Part shown: in pieces, positions 36,301-46,954 of the stretch
How positions within the stretch are numbered: the stretch's first letter is position 1
Layout: each line of letters begins with the position of its first letter
DNA from: Ruditapes philippinarum
Lineage: Eukaryota
Length of the DNA: 64,000 nucleotides
Assembly (NCBI RefSeq): GCF_026571515.1
Contig: NW_026859889.1
Coordinates: forward strand, 1 to 64,000
Direction: 5' to 3'
Notes under the pieces: generated by a model
Told to the model about the DNA's origin: nothing
Databases searched by the model: none
Seen by the model: the letters and a program-made list of their open reading frames with translations, nothing else
Program-made: the position numbers and the translations under genes

Positions 36301-39088
36301 GTCAATGGTAGGAAATTTTCATAACAGTTTTCTCAGCAACTACTTATCACAGCCTCTTGATATTTGGCATACAGCATTGACACATGGTCCCATACCGTGG
36401 GATTTGATTTCAGGTCTTTCGCTCATCCACTTCCTGTTCACATTAATGGTCAATGGTAGGAAATTTTCGTAACATTTTCTCAGAAACTACTAATCACAGC
36501 TTCTTGATATTTTGCATACAGCATTGACACAGTCATGGTCCCATACCGTGGGATTCGATTTTAGGCGTGTAGCTAATCCACTTCCTGTTTACCCACTGAA
36601 TTAAATTTTCAACATTAATGGGTCAATGGTAAAGTTTTTTCGTAACATCACAGCCTCATGATATTTGGTGTACAAATGCTCCGGCCTTTTCTGTCTTTGA
36701 CCCATTTTTTCTTAAATTCTGATGTCATGCAGTTACCGGGTGCAGTTTTGAGTTTAATTTTTGACTCTCAGTTTAAGATTCCGTATCACTGACTCCATGA
36801 CTGTATGTGAGCAGTCTCTGAGAAAGAACAGATTAATTCTGGCACAATGCCAATATTTATCGAGTCTGTTGAGTAATTTTTGTTGAAGACATAATGTTAT
36901 TAACCATTTTTGTTGCCATCCAGTGGTTGTTGTTATTCATATGGAAATATTTACAGTACCTTATTAATGAAAATATTGGTTCTCACAGAGCTATATTTAT
37001 ATAGAGAGAAAGCTATGACTCCATACACTTAAATTTATATGAGGGATTTATTATCCTGCAAGTTCACATTTTTGCTAGACTTTGCACGACAATGTTTGAC
37101 AAGACAAAATTTACCGAACTGTACGCAGCCATGTCATCTAAAATTTGTTACAAAAGAAGTTACAAAACAGAAGTCATGTTTAACAAATTATATAATGTAT
37201 AATTTCAGAGAAGAAATACAAGTGCAATTTTGAGGGATGTGCCTATGCCTGTACAGACAATATAGGTCTTGATAAACATATTAAACTTATGCATACTCAC
37301 AAGGTAAGTTGATGCTTATATTTCACACTTACTTATCTGAAAATATATACAATATATTGTGGTGGCAGTACTCATTGACCTGCCCAGTATTGGGTTTGGA
37401 ATAGTTCATTAATACTTCAAGATATGAGCCGCGTCATGACAAAACCAACGTTATGGGTTTGCGACCAGCATGGATCCAAATCAGCCTGTGCATCCGCGCA
37501 GTCTGATCAGGATCCATGCTGTTCGCTATCAGTTTCTCTACTTGTAATAGGGTTTTAAGCGAACAGCATGGATCCTGATCAGACTGCGCGGATGTGCAGG
37601 CTGATCTGGATCCATGCTGGTCGCAAACCCATTATGTTTGTTTTGTCATGGCGCGGCTCATATTATGGTGGAGAATATTAAAATTGATCAGCCCAGTTAG
37701 GCTGCAACGATGTCTAGGCTGGCATAGCTCTTTGTGTATTCACCTTACTTATTTCAGGACTGCCTGTCTCTTTCTGCCTATAGGTTTGAATTCTGCCTTT
37801 AATGTTAAAGTTTTTATTAGTTTACTTGAAAGTCACCATAGACTTTAACCATGCTGTGATTTTTCCTTAAAACTATGATGAGCACACTGTTTTGTCTTTC
37901 TTACTTTTATAGCAAGATCACTATTTATTTGATTATGCTTGTAACACGTTACAAATAAAGGGGCTGACGCATTATTGCATATGACAATAACATATACTAG
38001 CGTTTCAAAAATATTTAGAAAAATTGCTCTTATGCAGATTTACACATATGTTTTGGACTTAATATGTTCATTCCTACAGGCATAGACCAGAAACAAATTT
38101 TGACCATGTTCAAAATTTTTCAGTGTACACACCTGAATAAATTGTTTGTTATATTACAGCTGTATAGTCATATATGCTGGACATAAACTGAAAAAGAAAG
38201 ACTTAAAGTTGTTATACATACGTTGACATAGTTAACATATCCACACATACGTTTTTTACATGCCGGCTATACATCAGTTGTACATTACATACACGCTATT
38301 CATACGTTATCCATGAGAACCTTATGGACAGCATTCGAAAATGCTGTTCTTATGACACGAAACTGTTTGTGTAAGAACTTTTAAGGAATTTTTTCTTACA
38401 CAGTGTTTAAATTTGTTATTTGCGTATTATATTTATATTTGTATTTTGAAATTTTAGAAACTTATTTTATATAAATTTTCAGGATTTTAAGCCGTATGCC
38501 TGCCCGGTGTGTCAGTACAGGACTGGAGTTAAAGGAAACGTTGACAAACATATACGTACAGTTCACGACCTCATTGTTGTAACTAAACATACTGTCAATT
38601 TGAAAATGAAGTATTCCAATTTTGACTCGGGTGACGTCATTACCAAAGATGGCCAACTAATTTCCACAGCAAAGGAAAGGAAAGCCTTACAACAAGTTCC
38701 GACAATTGACAAGGAAATAGGTCAAGACGGGAATATGACGATGAACAATGCCAATAATCTTACGTATGCTGATTACAAAGTGAAAGAAACTGCCGATAAC
38801 ACTTACTCTTCAATAAAAAAATCGAAAAGGCATAAAAGTTACATGGATCCGCCCAATATTTCTGATCTTGATGACAAACATTCGATTCCGACAGTAGTAA
38901 ATGATCAAACTGACACATCAAAAATGGAGACGATAATTCATGATTTACCTCCTTTGTCCAATTATGTATACATCCATGGAGACCTTTCTCGTGCCCAAGA
39001 TCTCACAGTCTCGGGAATTAATCCAGCAGACGCAGGGTCGCTTTACAACATAGGAAATGCTGAAATGTACTTGCAGAATAAATATTAG
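27311..39088 (+). CDS. BTB/POZ domain + 9 C2H2 zinc-finger transcription factor (ZBTB-like), ~785 aa, 7 coding exons
   Basis: Exons 27311-28456 (GC donor), 29469-29678, 30863-31005, 33421-33494, 34078-34161, 37209-37303, 38483-39088 (2358 nt, all phases compatible). BTB motif FCDVTIACQNSTMLVHQVVLEAASPYF, acidic linker, basic NLS-like patches. Fingers CSMC, CSVEGC, CEFC, CDYC, CHMC, CDIC, CSIC, CNFEGC, CPVC. Confidence 0.93.
29855..30548. repeat. 40-bp minisatellite in ZBTB intron (~16 copies)
   Basis: Unit GTGACAGTAACTGAAGGAATGTCCCTGATTCCCTGGCCCT, head-to-tail, degenerating toward the 3' end. Confidence 0.92.
31366..32872 (+). mobile_element. HINE/Helentron-like element with internal ~166-bp tandem array, copy 1
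   Basis: 5' TTAGCTCACCTGTCACAAAGTGACAGGGTGAGC and 3' GGTGAGCG...AGGGCCATCATGGCCCT-CTTGTT hairpin. The unit anchor GCCCTGGGG occurs at 31681, 31848, 32013, 32180, 32346, 32511 and 32674. Confidence 0.88.
34205..36700 (+). mobile_element. HINE-like element with (GGCG)n head and 179-bp tandem array, interrupted by an insertion
   Basis: Head TTTGGCCGGGTTGCACTGGTGCAAATCCGG...GGGCGGCGGGCAGGCAGGCGGGCGGGCGG, then 179-bp units from 35627 to ~36660. Near-identical ORF-track hits at 35768, 35947 and 36126 mark the units. Confidence 0.8.
34322..35626. mobile_element. ~1.3-kb non-autonomous TIR transposon nested in the first 179-bp unit
   Basis: Termini CAGGGCACT...AGTGCCCTG. The host unit CAACTACTTATCACAGCC is split as ...CAACTACTT(G)[element]ACTTATCACAGCC. 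Subterminal ATTCCCCT motifs occur at both ends. Confidence 0.8.
37425..37660. mobile_element. Palindromic MITE, copy 2 (opposite orientation to copy 1)
   Basis: TA|TGAGCCGCGTCATGACAAAACC...TTTTGTCATGGCGCGGCTCA|TA. The loop is the reverse complement of the copy 1 loop. Confidence 0.9.
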
Positions 39089-39180
39089 GTCAATCAGTGT
39101 CATATAAGTTAACTTGTAACCTGCTGAACTCCTTAAATGGACCTGTCCAGCTTCCACTTTTGAATTGTCCAATATTATTT

Positions 39181-40586
39181 TTAGCTCACCTGTCACTTTG
39201 TGACAGGGAAAGTGACAGGGTGAGCTTTTGTGATCACTTTTCGTCCGGCGTCCGGCCGTCCGTAAACTTTTACTTTAAATGACATCTCCTCATAAACCAC
39301 TAAGCCAATTTCAAACAAACTTCACAGGAATGTTCCTTTGGTGGTCACCTTTGAAAGTTGTTCAAAGAATTTAATTCCATGCAGAACTCTGGTTGCCATG
39401 GCAACCGAAAGAAAAAACTTTAAATATCTTCTTTTAAAAAACCCAAAGAGCTAGAGCTTAAATATTTGGCATGAAACATCTTCTATTGAGTGTCTATCAA
39501 GTTTGTTCAAATAAAAGCCCTGGGGTCAAAATTGGCCCTGCCCAAGGGGGTCATTGATTTTCCCTATATGCATATAGTAAAAACTTAAAAAATCTTCTTT
39601 TAAAAAACCCAAAGAGCTAGAGCTTAGATATTTGGCATGAAACATCTTCTATTGAGTGTCTATCAAGTTTGTTCAAATAAAAGCCCTGGGGTCAAAATTG
39701 GCCCCGCCCCAGGGGGTCATTGATTTTCCCTATATGCATATAGTAAAAACTTAAAAAATCTTCTTTTAAAAAACCCAAAGAGCTAGAGCTAAGATATTTA
39801 GCATGAAACATGTTCTAATAAGTGTTTACCAAGTTTGTTCAAATAAAAGCCCTGGGGTCAAAATTGACCCCGCCCCGGGGTCATTGATTTTCCCTATATG
39901 CATATAGTAAAAACTTAAAAAATCTTCTTTTAAAAAACCCAAAGAGCTAGAGCTAAGATATTTAGCATGAAACATGTTCTAAGGGTGTTTACCAAGTTTG
40001 TTCAAATAAAAGCCCTGGGGTCAAAATTGGCCCCGCCCCGGGGGTCATTGATTTTCCTTACATATGTATAGCAAAAACTTAAAAAAATCTTCTTTGAAAA
40101 AACCAAAATAGCTAGAGTTTACATATTAAGCATGAATTATCTTCTAGTGAGTGTCTACAAAGTTTGTTCAAATAAAAGCCCCGGGGTCAAAACTGGCCCC
40201 GCCCAAGGGGTGTCATTCTTTTTAACTATATGTGTATAGTAAAAACTTAAAAAATCTTCTTTTAAAAAACCCAAAAGAGCAAGAGCTTGGATGTTTAGCA
40301 TGAAATATCTTCTTATGGGTGTCTACCAAGTTTGTTCAAATAAAAGCCCTTGGGTGAAAATTGGCCCTGCCAGGGGGGAGGGGATGAGGAGGGGTGGGGG
40401 AAGGGAGGGAAAGGGGAAGGTCATTATTTTTCATTATACATGTGTAGTAAAAACTTAACATCATGAAACATCTTCTAATGGGTGTCTTCCAAGTTAGTTC
40501 AGATAAAATCCCTGGGGTTTAAACTGGCCCCGCTCCGGGGCCAGTTATACAGGTGAGCCACCTAAGGGCCATCATGTCCCTCTTGT
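39181..40586 (+). mobile_element. HINE/Helentron-like element with ~166-bp array, copy 2, just downstream of the ZBTB stop
   Basis: Same 5' and 3' ends as 31366-32872. Unit anchors at 39517, 39683, 39849, 40012, 40178 and 40346. Confidence 0.88.
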
Positions 40587-41576
40587 TTGGTTTATCCAGG
40601 TAAAAAGGAAGTTAGTTTGTCGACAGTGTAAATGCTGGTCAGACTACACAAATGTGCAGGCTGCCATGGCTGTATACTGATGGCAAAGGCTGATCACTCT
40701 GCAGGTTAAAATATTAGTATAAAAATAACCAGCATATTTAAGGTCACATGAGTTAAACAGTGCCATTTTACATCATGTTTATCATCATTTTTGATACTTT
40801 CACATTTGAATTTTTTTATGCTCACCAAAATCATACGATGAAGCAGTTTGTCTGTCTGTCCCTCTATTCTTCCCTCTATGACTCCTTCCAGCTTTCTATC
40901 CCTCCATTCTTCCGTTTCCTATCCCTCCATTTTCCCATCATTCACTCACACTTGCCATTCCCCAAAGTACCTTCCTGCATTGAATTGTATCTTTAAATAT
41001 TTGATGTGTAGGGACCCTTCAAGTTAGGGAGGGTTACAATGGTTATTAAGGCTAAAAATAAATTTTCCCATATATTTCCTCATAGTAAGGTCATGTTTTT
41101 ACCTTTGTCATAATCAGGAAGCACCTATTTGATAAAACTTATATTTTTGTTTTCATTGCATATTGATCAAGTCATAAAAAAAATGCAAATGTTACATAAA
41201 CGGTTAAGTGAAAATTGGGTTGTTATAACGAACTTCTGTTGCCAATAGTCAACCATTCGCGCAACTAGATTTTGTTAACCTTCTTTTACTTACTTTGTTA
41301 ATGTCCATTTTTGCTTTGTTTTCATTTTATTCATTTTAGTCTTATTTTGTTACATGATGTTTTTACAGTTTTAACGCAGATTGTTAACTTTGCTTTCTAG
41401 CTTCACTTCTTTATTTCTGTGTTCATAAAATTTTTATGCAAAGTGTTTTGCCATGTTTGTGTATAATGTCGGTTTTTAAAGTATTTTAGATAGTATTTAT
41501 TAATATTTTAGCTATAATTTATGTAATTTTAGTTACGAACCATGCCAGATGTACAGGCTGGCCTGATTTTATACCG

Positions 41577-41670
41577 GTTACATATCATCACCTTAGTGCA
41601 TTATTGGGTTAAGTCCTTATAAATTTAATAGGAGTTAACCCGTTATTGCACCAAGGTGATGATATGTAAC
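41577..41670. repeat. 94-bp near-perfect hairpin (miniature inverted-repeat element)
   Basis: GTTACATATCATCACCTTAGTGCATTATTGGGTTAA...TTAACCCGTTATTGCACCAAGGTGATGATATGTAAC. Diverged copy at ~52366-52445. Confidence 0.8.
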
Positions 41671-42286
41671 TCGTTCTGCTGGTAGTGGCCAAACAGTCCT
41701 ATAGGATTTCTTTGCATTTTAGAATACCATTTGATATCCTTCTGTAAAGTTTTAGCAAAATGAACATTTTTAGATGTTATTTACATATCATTTATTTTCT
41801 ATTGTCCTATTAGTTAATGTTTTTTATCCAAAACGGAGAATCGTGTGACCTGAAATAGAGAGAAAAGTATTTCATAGGGATCAAAACTTTAAAAGAAAAG
41901 TTGAAAACACCAAATAACTTGAAAATTTGTATTATAATATTTCAAGATATACTATACTTTTACTGCAGAAATTTATTGAAATCTTGGAAATTTTTACTGA
42001 ATATGTCGAGTTTGAATAAAAAATGCACAGCTTATTTTTGGATAGCTGCAATCCCTATTACAGATGAAGTTAGTTTGGTCCTTTCTTGAAGGACTGCCTT
42101 TTTTAATGACCCCATGTTTTCATTTACCTAGATAAAAACGTAACATCTTCTCTGTGTGTACTCAAAAGTTATTTATTTTACATTTAAAATGAGACTCCAT
42201 TGTAATTACCATTATTTTCAAATATAAAATTTGAACACACAAGAGTTACCATATGTATCCTTATTATATGTAAATTGCTCCCTTTT

Positions 42287-43263
42287 TAGCTCGACTTTTC
42301 TATGAAAAGGGGAGCTATCCTACTCGCCCCGGCGTCGGCGTTGGCGTCACACCTTGGTTAAGTTTTTCGTACCACCCCACTTTATTTCAGAAGTATTACA
42401 AGTATGGCTTTGAAACTTACCATACTTGTTCACCATCATAACCTCCATCTACAGACAAGAGTACATAACTCTGTCAAGGTTTTTGACAGAATTATGGCCC
42501 TTTTTTGACTTAGAAAGTGTATTGAGCTTGGTTAAGTTTTTGTACCACCTCACTTTATTTCAAAAACCATTGGAGGTATTGCTTTGAAACTGACCATACT
42601 TGTTTTACCATCACGACCTTCATCAACAGACAAGAGGACATAACTCTGTCAAGGTTTTTGACAGAATTATGCCCCTTTTTGACTTAGAAAATACATTGAA
42701 TATGGGTAAAATCCACTTATTGCCTTAACCCTTTGAGATATTGCTTTGAAACTTTTAATGCTATTTCACATCATTACCCCCATCTGTACGCAAGAGAAGG
42801 TAACTCTGTCAAGGATTTGTTTTAAAAATTAAGGCCTTTTATCGACTTAGAATCTTGGTTAAGTTTTTAGTACCAGTCCACTTTTTGACTGAACTGTTTG
42901 AGATATTAATTTGAAAGTTGGAATACTTGTTTACAATCATGATTCCCAAACATGTCCAGGAGAAGGTAATTCTGTCAAAGATTTTATTTGAATTATGGCC
43001 CTTAACTGTCAATGTTTTGTATTATAGGCAAGCACTAAAAAACTTAAAAAATCTAAAAAAATTCATTCCTATCCACTGAACCTGCAGTGTTCAAGGGTAT
43101 CACACAATTCAGTAAAATAATTCTTCACTAAATATCTTAATGCTCATGGCCATTGTTCACTTTAAAAATACAGAGATTCTTGTATTGCCTTTTACTGCAA
43201 AAACTTTTTTTATTGGCAAGCAATAAAAAAGTCGAGCGCGCTGTCTTACGGACAGCTCTTGTT
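42287..43263 (+). mobile_element. HINE/Helentron-like element with degenerate internal repeats
   Basis: 5' TTAGCTCGACTTTTC...GAAAAG..GAGCT with (GGCGTC)n. Internal repeats of CATAACTCTGTCAAGG...GAATTATGGCCC. 3' AAAAGTCGAGCGCGCTGTCTTACGGACAGCTCTTGTT. Confidence 0.82.
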
Positions 43264-46263
43264 TAAAGTGTTCTAGTTCATCGCAGCAAATAAATAAGCA
43301 CAAGATGATTTTATAATCTGAAGAATTAGACAGACCTAGATTATAATAAAGATTTTATTACAATAATATTATCTTTACCTATTTTGTGAGATATAGATCC
43401 GCATTTGCCTTTTTCTCTCCCTATGATACTGTCTTAACATTTCAGGTCACTTGATGTCCATATTTATTTTATTGTCAGATTTTAGAAGCTTACCATTTAA
43501 AGATTTTGAGATGAAATTTTATCAATTTTAATTGATGAATTTTTTTTTTTTGCAAGAAATAAAATATATATGTGATATAAATGAGGAATAAAAAAATGAA
43601 AAATTCACTTTTTGTCCATTTTATTAGCATGTTTGAAATAGTGTTGCATTATGAAATGCCCATGGCTGACAGACAGGTGGCTTTGGCTTTGTCCGGTGCA
43701 TACCTCAAGCATGATGAGATAGATTTGAGTATTTTTTTATACAATGAAAAACACCAGGAGACAGTGTTTAGAGCTTGAACCAGAACTCTATGCCTAAGGT
43801 CAAGATCACAGTTTAACCAAAATTCGTATCAAAAGCTGTACTTGCAAAAAGGGATTTTACATCATTTGGCACATCTGATTATCATTGTTACGTTGAGTAC
43901 TTCATACAGGGCCACGTCCCTGTGGTCAAGGTCACAGAGGTGAAAGGTCGGTTGAAAAAACGTTTGTACAATGGAGTAGTTATTATGATAATCCAGATCA
44001 ATAATAAGGTGAAGGTCACCAGAGTTGTAAAGATTTTGTCCCCAGCATAATTTCTACAAGCAAGTGTTATTTGATGCAAATTGCCACTGTCATCAAATGT
44101 AGTGTTGCACACATAAATCAGACTCGTATGTCGGAAGTTAAGGTCACACTTAAGGGCAGGTGATGTAGTCAAACTTGTACATGCATTGAGGGACTGTTAC
44201 ATAACTTCACATAAATGTTCAGCATTGTTTAGCATACACATATAGTGTTGTGGCAAAATTTAGGTTCATGTAGTCAAGGTCACATGCTCATCACTAAATG
44301 CTCAATATCATGAGTCCTAGATGACTGAGCATTTATGACTGGCGTGTTTTGTGACAATGGCACTCGTGTTTATTTTAAGAACCAGTTTGGCTAAAAAGTC
44401 GCCAGATTACACGAAAAGTATCTGTATAATCCGCCTATTAAGGCACAAGAAGTAGCTTTGGCTATCGAGTAAGGACCCGGACAAGTCACCAGCCATGACC
44501 TTGAAGGTTTAATTGTAAAGAGCACAAAGAGGTGATACTTTATCTCTGTGTAATTTCTACTGAGTATTAGCCAAGGAAAATAATAAAAATAGGTCACTGT
44601 TCAACAGCTAATGAGACCTAGAATGTTAAGTTACCTGTGGCAGTAATGAAGGCGATAGCCTTGATAAGGGTTTTTGGTGTCAAGCAAAGGACGTCACTGC
44701 GTGCAATGGTCTCTTGCACCCTAGTACCCTTCCTCGTCATCCCTGCTTACTTAGAGCCACTCTCCTCGACTTAAAGTCAAGACATTAGCAGCTGTTTCGA
44801 TAAAAGTATCGTTCATGCTTGTGCCGTCTTATTCGTTATATCTTATTCATCTCGCATTGCCCGAATTGTCTTATTCGTTACTCCTAGTCTACAAGTCTTC
44901 TACCTTGTGAATTTCCGGCGTGGTACGAGAGAGCAATTAGAAAATATAACGCTGAATAATGAATTTGACTTTATATTGTAACGCTTTGGAACAGAATCTT
45001 TCTGTGCATGACAGAAAAGTATCGTTGTTGATGATACAAAATGACGATAATATTAAGCATTTGCGTTAGTAAATGATTAAGTTTTGTTTTAAGACACATA
45101 TTTAGATAAGTATTAGTTTACATATATTCATGCAACAATTTTTCCAGCTTGATTATTAATATAATGTTCCTGGAATTTCAAAATAATGTCTGTGTCATAA
45201 TTTGTTGCCCCGGTAACATTTATTGATGGTTATCATCTTTTTTACAGTATTCTTTTGAAATATTAGATATGAATTAAAGAATTAAAAGAGCCATTTTCAA
45301 GAGCCATTAACCATTGAAAAACATACACATAAAAAGATAAATTGTCTATGAATTAGCCAAACATGTTTATATAAGTCAGTGATAACTGACCAATAATTAA
45401 TAATGAAAAAAATTTAAGATAAAATATGAAAAATGCCTTAATAAAAAAGACTGTCCCGCTCTTTTTATCAATTGAAATATGAATGCGAATATGTAATTAT
45501 CAAAGGCTTTTGCAATAATAGTCAGATTTTGCACAACATAACACTCTCACGAGAGGCTTACGGAAGACGGGTTGAAATGTCCACACCCGTCTTCATAAAG
45601 GCTCGCATTCTATTAACTCGTTTAATAAATTCAGTATTGAACTTACACTCATTCAATATCCTCTAGATATTACCTTTTAGGGAGATGTGGTTTATTTGAA
45701 AACAATTATCAGGACAGTGTCTTTGGTTATATCTTTGCTTGCGTTTTTTTTTCTCTCGAAATACAAAAATGCAAATGCCGCTCAAATGAGTACATATAAT
45801 CGGGGTCTTCCAAAAAAATTCTATTTGAAATACCCAGATATAATTGAATTTTAAGTGCACGCAATGACCGGCAATGGATTTTATTTAATCGTTACCATGC
45901 GGTATACCTTTGTGAAGGAAAAACAACAACACAAATATGTAAAAATAAAAAACACAACTTTACCATAATTAAGACAATATGAAGATAATGACATAATTAT
46001 TATGGTATACTTATGTTGTACAACTTTTACCCAGAGTGCATCACAACTGTTTTGTCACCTAGGATACCGTTGACAACTGGGCCGTCATGTACATTTCGTA
46101 AAAGCGTAAGCATATTAAATCATTAAAAACAGTGTTACATGTATAATAAATATAAATATACATGTACGATAATTGTTGTTTGTAATACACTGTCATGTTA
46201 ATGTTAAATAATTATTGGTTTGTATATTTTATGAATGTTACCTCTACTATTTGGAGCGGACAC

Positions 46264-46323
46264 TATATAAGCTGGTAAGTTCTGAATGTAGTTACCAGAG
46301 GTCCACTGAACGGTGCATTTAAG
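46264..46323 (+). promoter_or_regulatory. TATA box and short non-coding exon 1 of the Gly-rich gene
   Basis: TATATAA at 46264-46270 and donor AAG|GTATGG at 46323/24. The next acceptor TTTTGCAG| at 46915 precedes the ATG at 46955. Confidence 0.6.
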
Positions 46324-46954
46324 GTATGGACACATATTTTTGTTATTTTATATACATGTATAATTTTTCATTTCTTTTTTCGTTTTTTTTTATTATTATT
46401 TTCTTCTTTTTTTCGATAACAAGAATTACTGCCATTTTCATTCTGTTTTATTGAGTTTTGAATGGTTTTTATTCTTTAAATATAAAAAATAGTTATTAAT
46501 GGTAAAAAAATCGACAAAAAAAATTACAAAAATATTGAAATCCTTAAGATAAAGTAGAGGTGCATTAAGTAGGGCCTATCTATAATTATTGTATTAAGTA
46601 GATTTTTTTTCAAATTGTATTTTTTGTTGTGAACGGTTAGCACAGCATTTTTTTCCTTTGATAGTTATTATTTTATAGTAAATATATTTAGAATACATTT
46701 ATTACACATTTTTTGTTTTCTTGTATAAACTTACATACTAAATAGCGTTAAAAAAGAGCACAGCTACAGTGCGCGGTTACTTGATTCGAAAACATTCACA
46801 TATATATATTCAACTCATCATTTTTCTTTCAAAAAAACGCCTCCGTATGGGAATTTTGCTTTGAAGTTTTATTTTTAATGGCGAAACTTAATAATATATG
46901 TATAATATTTTGCAGGATTTAGAGAGGTTTCACGGAGTGATACAATAAATAACA

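Noticed and set aside
35768-36311. Three tandem 61-aa ORFs resembling a peptide gene array
   Set aside because: They are by-products of the 179-bp satellite unit, with no splice, signal or domain evidence.
40372-40420. G-quadruplex-like purine tract
   Set aside because: It is a local expansion of the G-run within a HINE repeat unit, with no independent evidence of function.
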